Shown one piece after another: positions 49,501-63,597 of a stretch of DNA of 64,000 bases. The position numbers and the translations under genes were made by a program. The stretch lies in NCBI RefSeq assembly GCF_009914755.1, contig NC_060932.1, one strand, 5' to 3'. The notes under the pieces were generated by a model. The model made no database searches, had not been told where the DNA came from, and was given only the letters and a program-made list of their open reading frames with translations. Numbering within the stretch: the first letter of the stretch is position 1; each line of letters begins with the position of its first letter. Source of the DNA: the human T2T-CHM13v2.0 reference genome, Homo sapiens.

Positions 49501-49683
49501 AGGAAAGCTGGATATGCCTAGAATCAGATGCCAGACCTTGAGGGATTCAAGCCTCCGTTAAAGCAAGTTTTATTGATGTCTCATATACATAGAGAAAAGT
49601 GCATAAACCATGAGTCTGGATGAATTTTGGCAACGTGAGCTCACCTGTGTAACCAGCGCCCATACCAAGAAAAGAAACATTAG

Positions 49684-49966
49684 GGCTGGACCTGGTGGCT
49701 CACGCCTGTAATCCCAACACTTAGGGAGGCTGAGGCGGGCAAATCACCTGAGGTCAGGTGTTCAAGACCAGCCTGGCCAACATGGCGAAACCCATTTCTA
49801 CTAAAAATACAAAAAAAAATTAGCTGGGCTTGGTGGCACGCACCTGTAATCCCAGCTACTCGGGAGGCTGATGCAGGAGAATCACTTGAACCTGGGAGTC
49901 AGAGGTTGCAGTGAGCAGGGATCGTGCCACTGCACTCCAGCCTGGGCAACAGCGAGGCTGTCTCAA

Positions 49967-50009
<43 letters not shown>

Positions 50010-50030
50010 AAGGAAAAGAAAAAAGAAAAG
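49684..50030 (+). mobile_element. AluSx with (TAAA)n tail, probably inside an old L1M fragment (about 49560-50400)
   Basis: Full dimer; flanks resemble minus-strand L1MC/ME 3' sequence. Confidence 0.88.
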
Positions 50031-50504
50031 AAGTAGAACAGTAGGACTTTGCTAGAAAGTCATCACTTCCCTCTCCCAAGGGTAACCACTTTTCTGACTC
50101 TTAGACCGTAATTTTGCCTAATAGTGATCTTGACCTAATAGAATAATACAATATGTACTTTACCGTGCCGCTGCTTCTATTTTGTTTGTAAGGTTTATCC
50201 ATCCTGCTGCTCCTCTCACCTCTGTGCTATCTCCTGTTGCGTGGGTATCTTGGAGTTCGTTTATCCATTCTGCCTGAAATGGGTTTTCGGGGTGCTTTCT
50301 GTTTAGGGCTACGAACCTTCTTTCATGTGTCTTTTGGTGAGTACATGGATACATTTCTGTTGGATATGTGCTTAAAAGTTATGCTGTTGCCTCATAAGTA
50401 GACTTGACGGCTTTTCATGAGACTGTTTTGATGACAGGGGTATTTTGAGGAGGTCCGAAGAACTTTGGTAATTAAGTGACTTGTAAAATTACAGGTTTGT
50501 TTTG

Positions 50505-50881
50505 TGCTATGGACTGAATTGTGTCCCCCCAAATTCATATGTTGAAGCTCAAACCCCAATATGACTGTTTGGAGATAGGCCTTTTAGGAGGTAATTAAGG
50601 GTAAGTGAAGTAAAAAAGATGGGGTCTTAATGTGGCAGAATTGGTAGCCTTTTAAGAGGAGGAGGAGGAGAGAGTTTGCTTTCTCAACATGCACACACCA
50701 GGACAAAGCCCTGTGAGCACACAACAAGAAGGTGGCCTTCTGCAAGCCAGGAAGAGAGCCCTCACCAGAACGTGACCCAGCCAGACCTTGATCTGGAACT
50801 TCTAGTCCTCAGAACTGTGAGAAAATAAATTTCTGTTGTTTAAGTCAGCTAGCCTGATACGGCAGCCTGAACACACTGACA
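50505..50881 (+). mobile_element. MLT1A MaLR solo LTR
   Basis: tgctatggactgaat...ctgaca; perfect 5-bp TSD TTTTG. Confidence 0.9.
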
Positions 50882-50937
50882 TTTTGTTCTGTTTTGTTTT
50901 TTGAAGTTGGAAAAGTACCTTTTTTAAAAAAATTATG

Positions 50938-51330
50938 GGCTAGGCATAGTGGTTCACACCTGTAGTTCCAGCACTATGGGAGGCTGAGGCGGGAGGATTA
51001 CTTGAGCCCAGGAGTTCAAGACCAGACCAGAATGGGTGACAGAGCAAGACCCTGTCTCTACAAAGAAAAAATTCACCAGGTGTGGTGGTACCTCATGGGA
51101 ATTACATGAAATAGAACTGATCAGAATTCCTCTGTTTGTAGGGCCTAAATCTGCAACTGTGTTAAAAATAGCAAGTATGTCTGTGTAAAACTGGTATCTT
51201 TTATTCAACCTATCAATAATACTTAGGCGGCTGAGGTGGGAGGATCAGTTGAGCCCAGCAGGTCAAGGCTGCGGTGAGTTGTGACTGCAGCACTGCACTC
51301 CAACCTAGGCAATAGAGTGAGACCATATTT
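50938..51330 (+). mobile_element. AluJ carrying a 127-bp foreign insert
   Basis: Alu sequence stops at 51094 and resumes at about 51220. Confidence 0.9.
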
Positions 51331-51385
51331 AAATATTATTAAATTTTTTGTGGTAAAATACACACAACAAAATTTGCCATCTTAA

Positions 51386-51570
<185 letters not shown>

Positions 51571-52154
51571 CATCTTAACCATTTTTAAGTATATAGTTTA
51601 ATAGTATTAAATACACTCATAATGTTGTTCAACCATCACCTCCATTCATCTACATAACTCTTTACCTGGTAAAACAGAAACTCAACACCCATTAAATAGT
51701 AACTCCTCATTCCCCCTCCCTTCATTCTGACAACAACCGTTACACTGCCTGTCTGTATGATTTTGATTACTCTAATCACCTCATTTAGGTAGAATCATAC
51801 AATATTTTATCCTTTTGTGTCTGGCTTATTGCACTTAGCATAATGTCCTCATAGTTCATCCATGTTGTAGAACATGTTGGAATTTCTTTCCCTTTTAAGG
51901 CTGAATAATATTCCATTGCATGTATAGACCACATTTTGCTTATTCATTCCTCTGTCAATAGACACTTGGGTTGCTTCCATATCTTAGTTATTGTAAATAA
52001 TGCTGCCATAAACATACGTATACAACTATCTCTTTGAGACCCTCTTTTCAATTCTTTCGGAGTGCATAGTCCGAAGTAGAATTGCTGCATCATATGGTGA
52101 TTCTATTTTTAATTTTTTAAAGAACCTCCATACTATTTTCCACAGTGGCTATAA

Positions 52155-52658
<504 letters not shown>

Positions 52659-53029
52659 TGATGGAAAAGTATGATTTTCACATTGCTAGTAATTTTCTAT
52701 TATTTATGGACCACTTTCTTCATTTGGGGAAAATCACCAACGGGCCCTTGGTCAGGTAGATGTGAAGCAATCACTGCCCCCTGTTTGAGGGGGCCCTGAT
52801 GTCACCCTATTGGCTGCAATGCAGATGTTTCATGTAAGATATGGGTTCAGTGCATTCTTAGCAGGACTGAGTCTTTGCAGACTTGAAAAATGATCGTCTG
52901 TCTTGCCTCTAATTTGAATTTAGAGTAGATTGGTCCTAAAAATTGTTGGCTTTGGGAAGATGGGTGATCCTCTGTGGAAGAGGGACTCAGAAAGGATCAG
53001 CCTCTACTGAGGGCTGCTCGGTGTCTTTA

Positions 53030-53240
53030 CTCCGTGTCATGCACTGTGTTGAGCACTTTACAAGGACTATTTCATTTAATTGGCATAAAACCCATTTAAG
53101 CTGAGTATTATTATTATCCTCATTTTATAGATGAGCAAAATAAAGCTTAGTGAAATTAAGTAACTTATCCAAGATCATAGAACTAGTGAGTCACAGGGCT
53201 AAGATCCAAGATCAGTCTGATTTCAGAATCTTTAACCAGT
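53030..53240 (-). mobile_element. MIR remnant
   Basis: 'cattttatagatgag...ttaagtaacttatccaagatca'. Confidence 0.8.
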
Positions 53241-53409
53241 GTGCCCTGCTCACATGTACTCATACACATGTGTGCACATGGGCCAGGAGAGAGATGCAGA
53301 TTTAGTCTTCCCTTTGCTGATCATGGAGGAAAGATTCTAGAAGTACCTAAGACTAAGTTCGGATGTTGCAATTTCATGGGTGTGCCAGAGGTTCCACTGA
53401 TGTGCAGGT

Positions 53410-53879
53410 TATTCTCTCTCTGCCCCACTCCCTTCCCCAATCCATTCTCTGCCCATCTCTACTCTGTTCTATGCCATGGGACACTGATCCCTGTAGCCTG
53501 CATCTCTACAACCTCTTGCTGGCTGACTGCCAGGTCGATTTGATCCCAGGAGACAGTGGCAGGGCATCAGAGGTTGGAGGGAGAGGACAAATGGAAACCT
53601 CTTTTCATGACTTCAGCATCTGCCAGGTGGCCTCGCCTTTGCCTTCCAGCTCTCACCCAGCTCTGGTAACTCTATTTGTTCCTTGTCTTTCGAATTTTGG
53701 GGTGCTAATAACTTCCAACGTTGCTAATCTCTGCATATCTTTAATCTCTGATGTGTTTCCATAATCCTGCTCACACATCTGTAAATAGTTCTTCATAAAA
53801 TCTCTCCATTTGAGGAATGAAGAGAGTCTTCATTCACCTGTGATGAATTCTGTGTCCTCTCAGAACCCTGAAGGATACA
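53410..53879 (+). mobile_element. LTR33-like ERVL LTR
   Basis: 'cctgctcacacatctgtaaatagt...gaaccctga..gataca' 3' end. Confidence 0.6.
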
Positions 53880-54139
53880 CATGGTTTTAGTTAAGTCAAA
53901 TGAGCCAGACTTTGGCAAAAGCACTGTTAACAATTGTTACTGTATTCCTTGGGCTTGGGAGCAAGGTCACTGTCAATCAGCTTGGTACTTCAGAGGATGG
54001 GAGTCTTGGACTTCCTCCTCTCTGGAGCCAGGGAAGTTTGAGGTCTGGACTGGAAGAAAGAGAGCCAAGGTCTCTTTGGTGGGCAGTCATCTGGCCCCTG
54101 CAACATGGTGATAGGTGGACAGAGATACTAGGCCAGTAG

Positions 54140-54529
<390 letters not shown>

Positions 54530-55229
54530 TCATTTTTAACTAGTTCAGTGGGAACTTATGATTTTGGCACCCCACCCTGCCACGCCCCCCCAAAAAACCT
54601 TACAAAACCAGAAAACAAAAATACTGAAAAAGATGATACTCCAAATTTAAGGTTCAACCAAACATATATGTATATATTTAGTTGTCATCTTTGGGGTTTG
54701 GGGCATCAGTGCAGTCTGCTACAACTTTTGTTCACAATTGTCAGCATGTGATTGCAGAAGAACAGGAGGAATTCTTTCCTGATGTATCCTCTGCAGTAGA
54801 CATGCTCTTTTTCTGCCTGCTCTGCCTCTTTTCCTTTGGAACTCTCCCACACTTCATATGATTTGTGGGTCCTGTCAGTCAAGAGTTCTTACTTCCTCTG
54901 CCATGAGGGCAGGTTCACAACCCAGTCTGACTGACAGGATTGCTCTGGAACTGTGCATGCTCTAGGGACAGACCTGAGGCCAGTCAGAATCCTGCATTAA
55001 TGTAGATCTTGGGAAAGGAGCTTTAAGAGTCGAGAAGGCTGGAAGCTGCCCCAGCCATCTTGCCTCACAAAGAGAAAGTCTTTCAGATAATAAAGCCAAA
55101 CAGAGTGAGAGATGGAATGAGAAGAGTGCCCTTGGCTGTTATTAGACCCCCTGAAACCAGTGATGCCTGTAGCCCGACCCTGGGACATTCATTCATGTGA
55201 GCCAACTATTTCCCCATTTAAAATTAAGT

Positions 55230-55397
55230 GGCCAGGTGCAGTGGCTCACACTCGTAATCCCAGCACTTTGGGAGGCTGAGGCAGGAGGATTACTTGAGCT
55301 CAGGAGTTCAAGACCAGCCTGGGCAACATAGCAAGACCCCCTCTCTAAAAAAAAAATGTAGCCTGGCCAATATTGATGAAATCCTGTCTCTACAAAA

Positions 55398-55456
<59 letters not shown>

Positions 55457-55910
55457 GTACATATATATACCTATGTATGTGTGTGTGTGCATATAGATAT
55501 ATGTAGATATATAGATATAGATAGATATAGATATAGATATATATAGATAGATATATATAGATATAGATATATATAGATATAGATATATATAGATATAGAT
55601 ATAGATAGATATATAGATATAGATATATAGATATATAGATATATATAGATAGATATAGATATATAGATATATATAGATATAGATATATAGATATATATAG
55701 ATATATATAGATATAGATATATAGATATATATAGATATATATAGATATCTGGGCATGGTGGCATGCTTGTAATCTCAGCTACTCAGGAGCTTGAGGTGGG
55801 AAGATCACCTAAGCCCAGGGAGGTCGAGGCTGCAGTGAGCCAAGATTCTGCCATTGCACTCCAGCCTTGGTGACAGAACTAGACCCTGTCTCAAAAAATA
55901 AAATAAAATA
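55230..55910 (+). mobile_element. FLAM/Alu left monomer plus 5'-truncated AluJ with expanded linker
   Basis: Left arm 55230-55357, second partial left arm 55360-55400, right arm 55749-55910. Confidence 0.85.
55402..55748. repeat. Compound microsatellite (TA)20-(CA)n-(TG)n-(TAGA/TA)n
   Basis: Seen directly in the sequence. Confidence 0.97.
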
Positions 55911-56782
55911 GAGCTAGTTGTGTTTCTATCATTGTAAAGTGAAAAGGTCTCCACTAATTCTCCTACCCTCAAGAATAACTAATATTAATATGAGAGGGTG
56001 TGTTGTCTTTCTCCATAAAGCTTCAAAGAAGAGGAAAGTTTCTTGCTGTTCCACCTGTTTCAACAGGGAAGCTCCTCCTTCTACAGATCTCCCTAAATTC
56101 CTTCTGTGGCAATGTAACTACAATTCCTTTGTTCTTTTCTTCAGCCAGTGTGCAAAATAGGTGGTTACCATCTTCCAAAGAGTAATCTTTGAATCCTCCA
56201 GGGAGGACAATTGTCAACAGTTAATAGGTTACCCCAAAGCTAGTTTCCTCCAGGCCGAGAATTCTAGTATAATAAATTGAGTCCTTCTCAAAGATAATTT
56301 TTTAGAATGCTTGTCTCTGAACTGTAGACTTTTGAACCTTCTCTTTTGATCTGGAAACGTAAAGGAAGCCCCCCAAAATTGGCATAGGTCTTTATTGAAA
56401 AAAACATAAAAATTCTATTACTGAAATCAAGTAAGACTAAGTAAATGCCATTGAAGTAAATAAGGCACAAAAAATTTCAGGCAGAAAAAAATACAAATAT
56501 GTGTATCTATAACCTTTTTTTTGGTTCAGTTCGAAATAGTTTAAGAGCAGATGGCAGTTTTGTGGGGATGCAGTTAGTGGTTGGGTTTTGCCATCTTATC
56601 AATGTGTTGTTGTGTGAAGAAGGAGGTAAGGGGGCCTTTGATGTGTAGGAGGTGGGGGCTCTATGGGGCTCCTCACTGCTTGAGGCTCCTCACGGCTCTT
56701 TGGGGCTCTTCAAAGCTCATAAGTAGAGGCTTGGTTCCTCCCAGGTTCTGTAGAAATAAGCATTTCGGGAATCAAGCCAAAA

Positions 56783-57097
56783 TCTGGGCTTGGTGGCTCA
56801 TGCTTGTAATCCCTGCACTTTAGGAGGCCAAGGTGGAAGGAGCATTGAGGCCAGAAGTTCCAGACTAGATTGGGCAATATGGTGAGACCTTGTCTGGACA
56901 TTTTTTTTTTTAAATTAGCAGGCCGTTGGGGCACACTTGTAGTCCCTGCTACTTGGGAGGCTGAGATGGGAGGATCACTTCATCCTGGGAGGTTGAGGCT
57001 GCAGTGAGCTATACTTTGCCACTGCATTCCAGTCTGGGCCTCAGAATGAGACCCCATCGCAACCAAAAAAAAAAAAAAAAAAAGAGAGAGAGTGAGA
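56783..57097 (+). mobile_element. AluJ
   Basis: Perfect TSD gaatcaagccaaaa. Confidence 0.9.
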
Positions 57098-57749
57098 GAA
57101 TCAAGCCAAAAAGACTAGAATTCCTAAAAGCATGTCTCATACCAGGAAGCTTTAATTAAAGTGGGGGAGGTACCGATTTCCTTAAAGAAAGACCTCTGTT
57201 AAAGATCTATTTGTGACATTAATGAATATGCTATTACTTCAAAAGCCCTTTGGACAAGACCCAAAATTTTACCATGAGGTCCTTTCTTCTGTCTTTAGCC
57301 TAGGAACACGATTCAAAATCCTTTAAATAGAAAACTTGTTAGGTTTTTAAAGAGAATTCTTCTCTCAGTAAAATAATGTTCAGAACAATTAACTTTTAAT
57401 TTTCTTTAATTACTTTTAAACATGCATAAGTTCTCAAACACCAAAATAACACTGTGCTCCAGGGAATCCTGGGGGTCGGGTGGAGGCAGGGGGCTTGGTC
57501 CTCAGATGAGCTGCATTGCAGATAATCAGCAAATCTCGCATGCATGTTCCCCAACAAACCAGTTAACAAAAGTCAACTCTTCCTTGTCCTCCCCATTTCC
57601 CCTCTTACCTAGTGTCTAAATATAATTCAATCATAGTTTGAGTAACTTAATTAAATTACCACCACTATCTTCAAAAACAGTATCTATCCCTGGTTAGCTA
57701 AATTACTTGAGGCAAATTGATCATGTAAAAGTGGCTTGCATTTCTGTTT

Positions 57750-58160
57750 GCACATTCACTTTACCTGGGGGAGCTTTTAAAAAAAATACCAATATCCTGG
57801 TTTCACTCCCAGAGCTTCTTTCTTTTTTAATAGGGATGGAAGGGAGGGCAGTAGCTATTAGTGTTTTTTTTTAAAGATCTGCACAATTTTAACCTGCAGT
57901 CAAGGTTAAGAGTCACTGATTTAGAGACTGAAATAGATCAATCGTGGGTTTAAAACCAACTCATCAGGAAGCAGTATGGTGTCCCAGGAAGAGCATGAGA
58001 ATCAGAGCCCGGTGTTTTAATCCTGTCTTTGTTCACTGGGCTCGATCAGTGCACACAGCCTCTTTGTGCATCATTTCCTCATTGGTAAAAATGGGATAAT
58101 TATGCCCACCTTACAGGGTTATTTTGAAGGAAAAAAGCACCTGGCATGTGACAGGACCTT
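57750..58160. mobile_element. MER5-like remnant followed by MIR
   Basis: 'acctgggggagctttt...aaggttaagagtcactg' then 'catttcctcattggtaaaaatgggataat'. Confidence 0.6.
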
Positions 58161-58572
58161 TACAGCAAGATCTGCTATTTATGTAGCATTAACTCTTCCT
58201 GGAAAAACCATGTTCTCCCCTGTTCCTCTTAGTTGCCTCCTTGTGCCAACAGGAATCCAAATCCACACTGTTTCTGTAGACCCTGAATTCTCTGAATGTG
58301 GATGGATGGCACCCAAAGCTACACTAAGGTTGCAGTGTCTTAGGGTTTCGAACACTTGTTACTTCCCATGCTTTGCTGAGAACACCTGAAGTAGCGTGGC
58401 TCAGTGAAATAAGCCTGAAGGTCTGAGTTCAGCTTCCCTACAAACGTACTGTGTTACTATGTCTGTTACTATGGAAAAATTATTAACTAACTCCCATCCC
58501 CACTGTGTCTTAATTGGTAAAATAGGATTCGACTAGATGATCTCCCAATTTTCTTTTAATAATCAGAGTCTG

Positions 58573-58841
58573 TCACGCCTGTGGTCCCAGCACTTTGGGA
58601 GGCCGAGGCAGACGGATCAGGAGGTCAGGAGACAGAGATCATCCTGGCTAACATGGTGAAACCCCGTCTCTACTAAAAATACAAAAAAAATTAGCCGGGC
58701 GTGGTGGCGGGCACCTGTAGTCCCAGCTACTCAGGAGGCTGAGGCAGGGGAATGGCGTGAACCCGGGAGGCGGAGCTTGCAGTAAGCCGAGATTGCACCA
58801 CTTCACTCCAGCCTGGGCGACAGAGAAAGACTCCGTCTCAA

Positions 58842-58874
<33 letters not shown>
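58573..58874 (+). mobile_element. AluY, about 15 nt 5'-truncated, (AAT)n tail
   Basis: TSD aataatcagagtct. Confidence 0.93.
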
Positions 58875-58880
<6 letters not shown>

Positions 58881-59304
58881 CAGAGTCTATAAGCTTTAAA
58901 GAGACTGTACGATCCAAGCCAGAAAAGCCTGCACATATTTTTACCTGCCTACAGGAGAAAATAGTGCCCAAGCAGCTGCTGCAATGAGGAGGTTCCATGA
59001 AGGGAGTAGATTTATCTTCTGGAAGGCTGATTCTTTTGTAATCAATAATGGAAAGCAGTTCTACCCTGACTTTTGGCTTGAGAACAGCATACACGAGTCT
59101 CCCAATCAGTCTTGATGGAGAGTAAGGTCTCACGATTGATCTTAGGCTCAAAATGAGACCACATCAGAGCCTCCAGAGAGACTGAGCTTTCTGGTTGCCA
59201 GAAAGGGACTTTACTGAATCCACAGGATGTAGAGATTAAATTACCCATGCAAGATTTTGGACTAAAATTGTCAGGGCAGGTTGCACTTTAGAGGCTCTCT
59301 GGGT

Positions 59305-59501
59305 CCATTGTTTTCAAACTGAACATGCATCAGCATCACCTGGAGAGCTTGTTAAATCTCAGATTCCTGGACCCCACCCCCAGAGCTTCTGCCTGAGGTG
59401 GTCTGGGATGGAGCCTGAGGCTTTGCTTTTCTAACAGGTTCCCAGGTGATGCATGTGGTACAGGTGGTGCTGGTCCTAGGATCTCACTTTTAAAAGCACT
59501 G
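59305..59501. mobile_element. MER5A
   Basis: 'gcatcagcatcacctggagagcttgttaaa...tttctaacaggttcccaggtgatgc'. Confidence 0.85.
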
Positions 59502-59534
59502 CTTTAGATTTCACTCCACAAACTTCTGGGTTGC

Positions 59535-59947
59535 TGTGTTAGTCTATTCTCACATTGCTATAAAGGGACCCCTGAGGCTGAGCAATTTATAAAGAAAAGA
59601 GGTTTATTTGGCCCATGGTTCTGCAGTCTGTACAAGCTTGGCACCAGCATCTATCTGTCCAGCTTCTGGTGAGGTCTGAGGAAGCTTTTACTGATAGCGG
59701 AGGGTGAATGGGGAGCAGGGGTGTCACCTGGTGAGAGATGAAGCAAGAGTTAGAAGGGAGGAGGTGCCAGGTCCTTTTAAACAGCCAGCTCTTGTGTAAA
59801 GTAATAGAGCAACAACTCACTCATTACCAAGGGGAGGGCACCAAGCCATTCATGAGGTATCCAAACACCTCCCACTAGGCTCAGCTCCACCATTGGAGTC
59901 ACATTTCAACCTGAGATTTGGAGGGGGTACTTATTCAAACTATATCA
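59535..59947 (-). mobile_element. MSTA/MSTB MaLR solo LTR nested in a MER5-like element
   Basis: tgtgttagtc...aaactatatca; TSD gttg(c/t); 'aatttataaagaaaagaggtttatttggc'. Confidence 0.88.
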
Positions 59948-60381
59948 GTTGTTAAGAATCACCTGGAACATTTGTTAAAAACACCAATTCCCAGGTCCCT
60001 CCTGATTTAGCAGGGAGAGTCTGATTTAGTAGATTTACAGTGTGGCCCAGGCTGTTCTTATCATCAGGGGCCATGAGGAAACCCTGAGTCAATCAACTAC
60101 CCATTAATTGCATTAGAGTCACTTGGGGAGATTTCAAAACTCTGAAATGCTGATCCCTGGGACCTAGTCCCAAGACTCTAATTCTGAAGAATGGAGCTGG
60201 AAGAGACTGCATTTTTAAAGCTTCTCAGACGACTCTGATGTGTAACTAAGTTCTCTCATTTTGTAGATGAGGACCCTAGGGAGGGTAAGGCATTGCTCGG
60301 AGCTACTGGCAGAAGCAGAGCTAGGACCCACATGGCCTAAATCCCTGTGCTCAGTCCACACTACCATATTCCTTCTTGTCT

Positions 60382-60911
60382 TGAAACTGTCCCCACAGGG
60401 TTGCTGAAAACTGCATGCCAGGTTCTAGACAGAAACAGAGTTATAATAAATCATCATTCAGGCTTCACTCCGATCCACTTCCTTCTTGCTAAGTCATGCA
60501 GCACTAGATTAACCCATTTGCATCCCCGTTGTTCATATAGACAAGACCTCTGACATTAGACTCCTAAGGCTTTTGTTTAAGGATTGCTTAAGATGTTTTT
60601 CAGATCCTGAATTCCAGCAACCCGTTTAAAGACCCCAACAGAGGAATGGGACCAGCATGAGAATACAGTTTCTTCATTTCCCTGTCCCAAGATTTTGCTC
60701 TGCCCTCTTCGACTAAACAGTGAGCACACTTCAGCCCACTCCAAAACTCTTAAAAACCCTAACTTCAAAATCCTTGAGGAAATGGATTTAAGGCTCCCTC
60801 TCATTTCCTCATTCAGTGACCCTATGATTAAGCCTCTTTCTTTGCTGCAACCCAGTGTCTTGGTGTATTGACTTGCCTTGTGCCCTGGGCGATGAACCTA
60901 TTATGGTTATA
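60382..60911 (+). mobile_element. ERV1 solo LTR, LTR26-like
   Basis: tgaaactgtccccacaggg start; 4-bp TSD GTCT; contains octamer ATTTGCAT at 60516-60523. Confidence 0.72.
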
Positions 60912-60984
60912 GTCTGGTCAGTCAGAGACAGTGGCTGTTTCCTCTGCCGTTGACTTTCAAATGGAGAAGTCCAAGGAATTGGAT

Positions 60985-61784
60985 ATTACACCAAGATCCA
61001 ACACTAGCTCTCTGACACCAACTGGAAGTCTCACAATTCAATTCTAACATTGACTACTCTGAGTTAGTGTCAGATCCCACAAGTTAAAGGGCAAAGTCTC
61101 CAGCAAGACCGCCTTTACCTCAGATGCCAGTCACAAATGTGGTCCCCAGGATACCCACGCTTCTCTCAGATTTGACTACAAATTTGCATCTTCCCAGTAT
61201 ACAACCCCTCAAGTTTGATAACTTGTTAGAATGACACAGAACTCAGGAAAGCACTATACTTTGGATTACTGTTTTATTATAAAGGGCACAAATGAATAGC
61301 CAGATGAAGAGATACACAGGGCAAGGTCTGGAAGGGTCCCCAGCCTAGGAGCTTTGGTGTTCATGGAGCTGGGGTGCACCATCCTCCTGGTACATTGATA
61401 CATTCACCAGCCAGGAAGCTCTGTTGCACTGCAGTGTCCAGAGTTTTTATATGGCTTTCACTGTGTTGTCATGATTGATTAAATTATTGGCCATGTAATT
61501 AAACTTAATTTCTGATTGCTGTCTCCTCCACCGAGGTTGGGGGAAAGGCTGGAGCTTCCAACCCTCCAATCACATGCTTGGTCTTTCTATTAATAGCATG
61601 ACCAGCCCCTCCCTTTCAACTCTCTAAGGGCCCACCACCAGTCACATTAACGTAAGTTCAAACGTAGTCAGAAGGGTCTTGTTGTAAATAACAAAAGACA
61701 CTCCTGTTGGGAAATTCCAAGTATTTTCGAAGGTCTGTCCAGGAACTGGGGACAAAGACCAGATATATTTTTTATGATATCACA
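60985..61784 (-). mobile_element. MER21-family LTR
   Basis: 'gacaccaactgg...tcagatcccacaagttaa...cacagaactcaggaaagcact...ataacaaaagacactcct'; strand tentative. Confidence 0.8.
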
Positions 61785-62107
61785 TGCACCTGCATCCTCC
61801 CAATCTCAGCCTCCCTTGGAACACAGCTTCTTAGATTCTCATCTTCCTGTCCCTCACCATTTACAGGGAGTAGAGCAGATTCAAATGCAGATTGAACAGC
61901 TGCTCAGCTCAAAAAAAAAAAATTCTCTTTGCCTACACAGAAACAGCCTCTGGGTTCCAGTTCTGCTTAGCCCCTTGAGCAGCATTTTCTCTCTAGATGT
62001 GCATAAGGGATTTGGCTTCTGGCAGGCCAGGTCCCACCTGTAACTTGCTCATTCCAAGTAACACAGTTCAGAGAGCTCTGCATCTTGGTTAATAATACTA
62101 ACTTTTG

Positions 62108-62430
<323 letters not shown>

Positions 62431-62872
62431 CTAACTTTTGTTTATTGCATTACTACTTTCAAAATACTTTACATTTCTAAGTTAGGCTCCACAATGAACA
62501 ACGCTGTGAGACAGGCAGGAAAATGTAATAATAATTTCCTTATTTTTTATTCAACAAACAACAAGTGCTTACTGTGGATGTGCTTAGCACAATTCTAGCT
62601 ACCGAGAGACAAACAGGAACAAAATGTGGTCCTTGCTCTCATCAGATTGGGAAACCATAGTTCAGATAAATGGATTGACACCTGCTCAAAGCCAAGCAGA
62701 TCTTCCGACTCTTTACCTAGTGCTTTTTCTGCTACACGGTGCTAGGAGCAGGAGCCTTTCATTAGAAAAGTTTCGGGGTTAGGCTGACAAAGTGTGAGGT
62801 GTGCCAAGGGGACCTGTGCAGGACATAGTGAGTGCCTCTCTAGGGTGCACAGACCCCAGGTGGCTTTCCCGT

Positions 62873-63357
62873 TGTTTTAGCTTCCTGTGGCTATTATTGT
62901 AAAAAAATAAAATAAAAAAATAAAAATAAAATGACCACAAACTTGACGGTTTAAAACAACAAAAATTTGGTCTTTCCCAGCTCTGGAGGCCAGAAGTCTG
63001 AAATCAGTGTCACTGGACTGAAATCAAGGTTTCAGCAGAGACCTTCAGCAGGGTTGCACTTTCCCCAGAGGCTCTCAGACAGAGTCTGTCCTCTGCCTCA
63101 TCTGGCTTCTGGTGGCTGCTGGCATTCCTTGGGTTGTGGCCACATGGCTCCAGTCTTTCAAGCCAACATTGTAGAAATTTTTCCTGTTCCATATTCACTT
63201 CACCGTGTGTGTCTGTAAAATTTCCCTCTGCTCTCTCTTATAAAGATATTTCTGATGGTATGCAGGGCCCACCTGGATAATCAAAGGCTCTTTTTCCAAA
63301 TAAGATAACATTTACAAGTTCCAGGGATCATTTGTGACTATTATTCAGCTTACTACA
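62873..63357 (-). mobile_element. MLT1 (C/D/E-like) LTR
   Basis: 'ccacaaactt..ggtttaaaacaac...ctggaggccagaagtctgaaatca...cagcttactaca'. Confidence 0.8.
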
Positions 63358-63597
63358 CTCCTGCAAACCAAAGCACACTTTGAGAAGCAGTGATAAGCGT
63401 TTATCTTTTCATCTCCAAATGTGCTCCATGCAGAGGCCAGAACGCGGGCTCTAGAAAGAAGCATGAAAAATCCAGTCCAACACAAGTCAGGAGAGGGAAG
63501 GGCCTTTCACAGGTTACTTGTGCCAAGTTAATGGTCACAAAAGGATCTGGCCTCCTAGTTTCCAGTTTTCCAGTCTTGTGCTGTTTTGCAAAGAAGT

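Larger units (their letters stand above)
54830..55960 (+). mobile_element. MLT1J/K-like LTR interrupted by Alu material
   Basis: 'cagccatcttg', 'atgtgagccaa', resumes 'gagctagttgtgtttctatca'. Confidence 0.5.

Noticed and set aside
55193-55764. 187-aa and 97-aa Ile/Tyr-repeat ORFs
   Set aside because: Artefacts of the TA/TAGA microsatellite.
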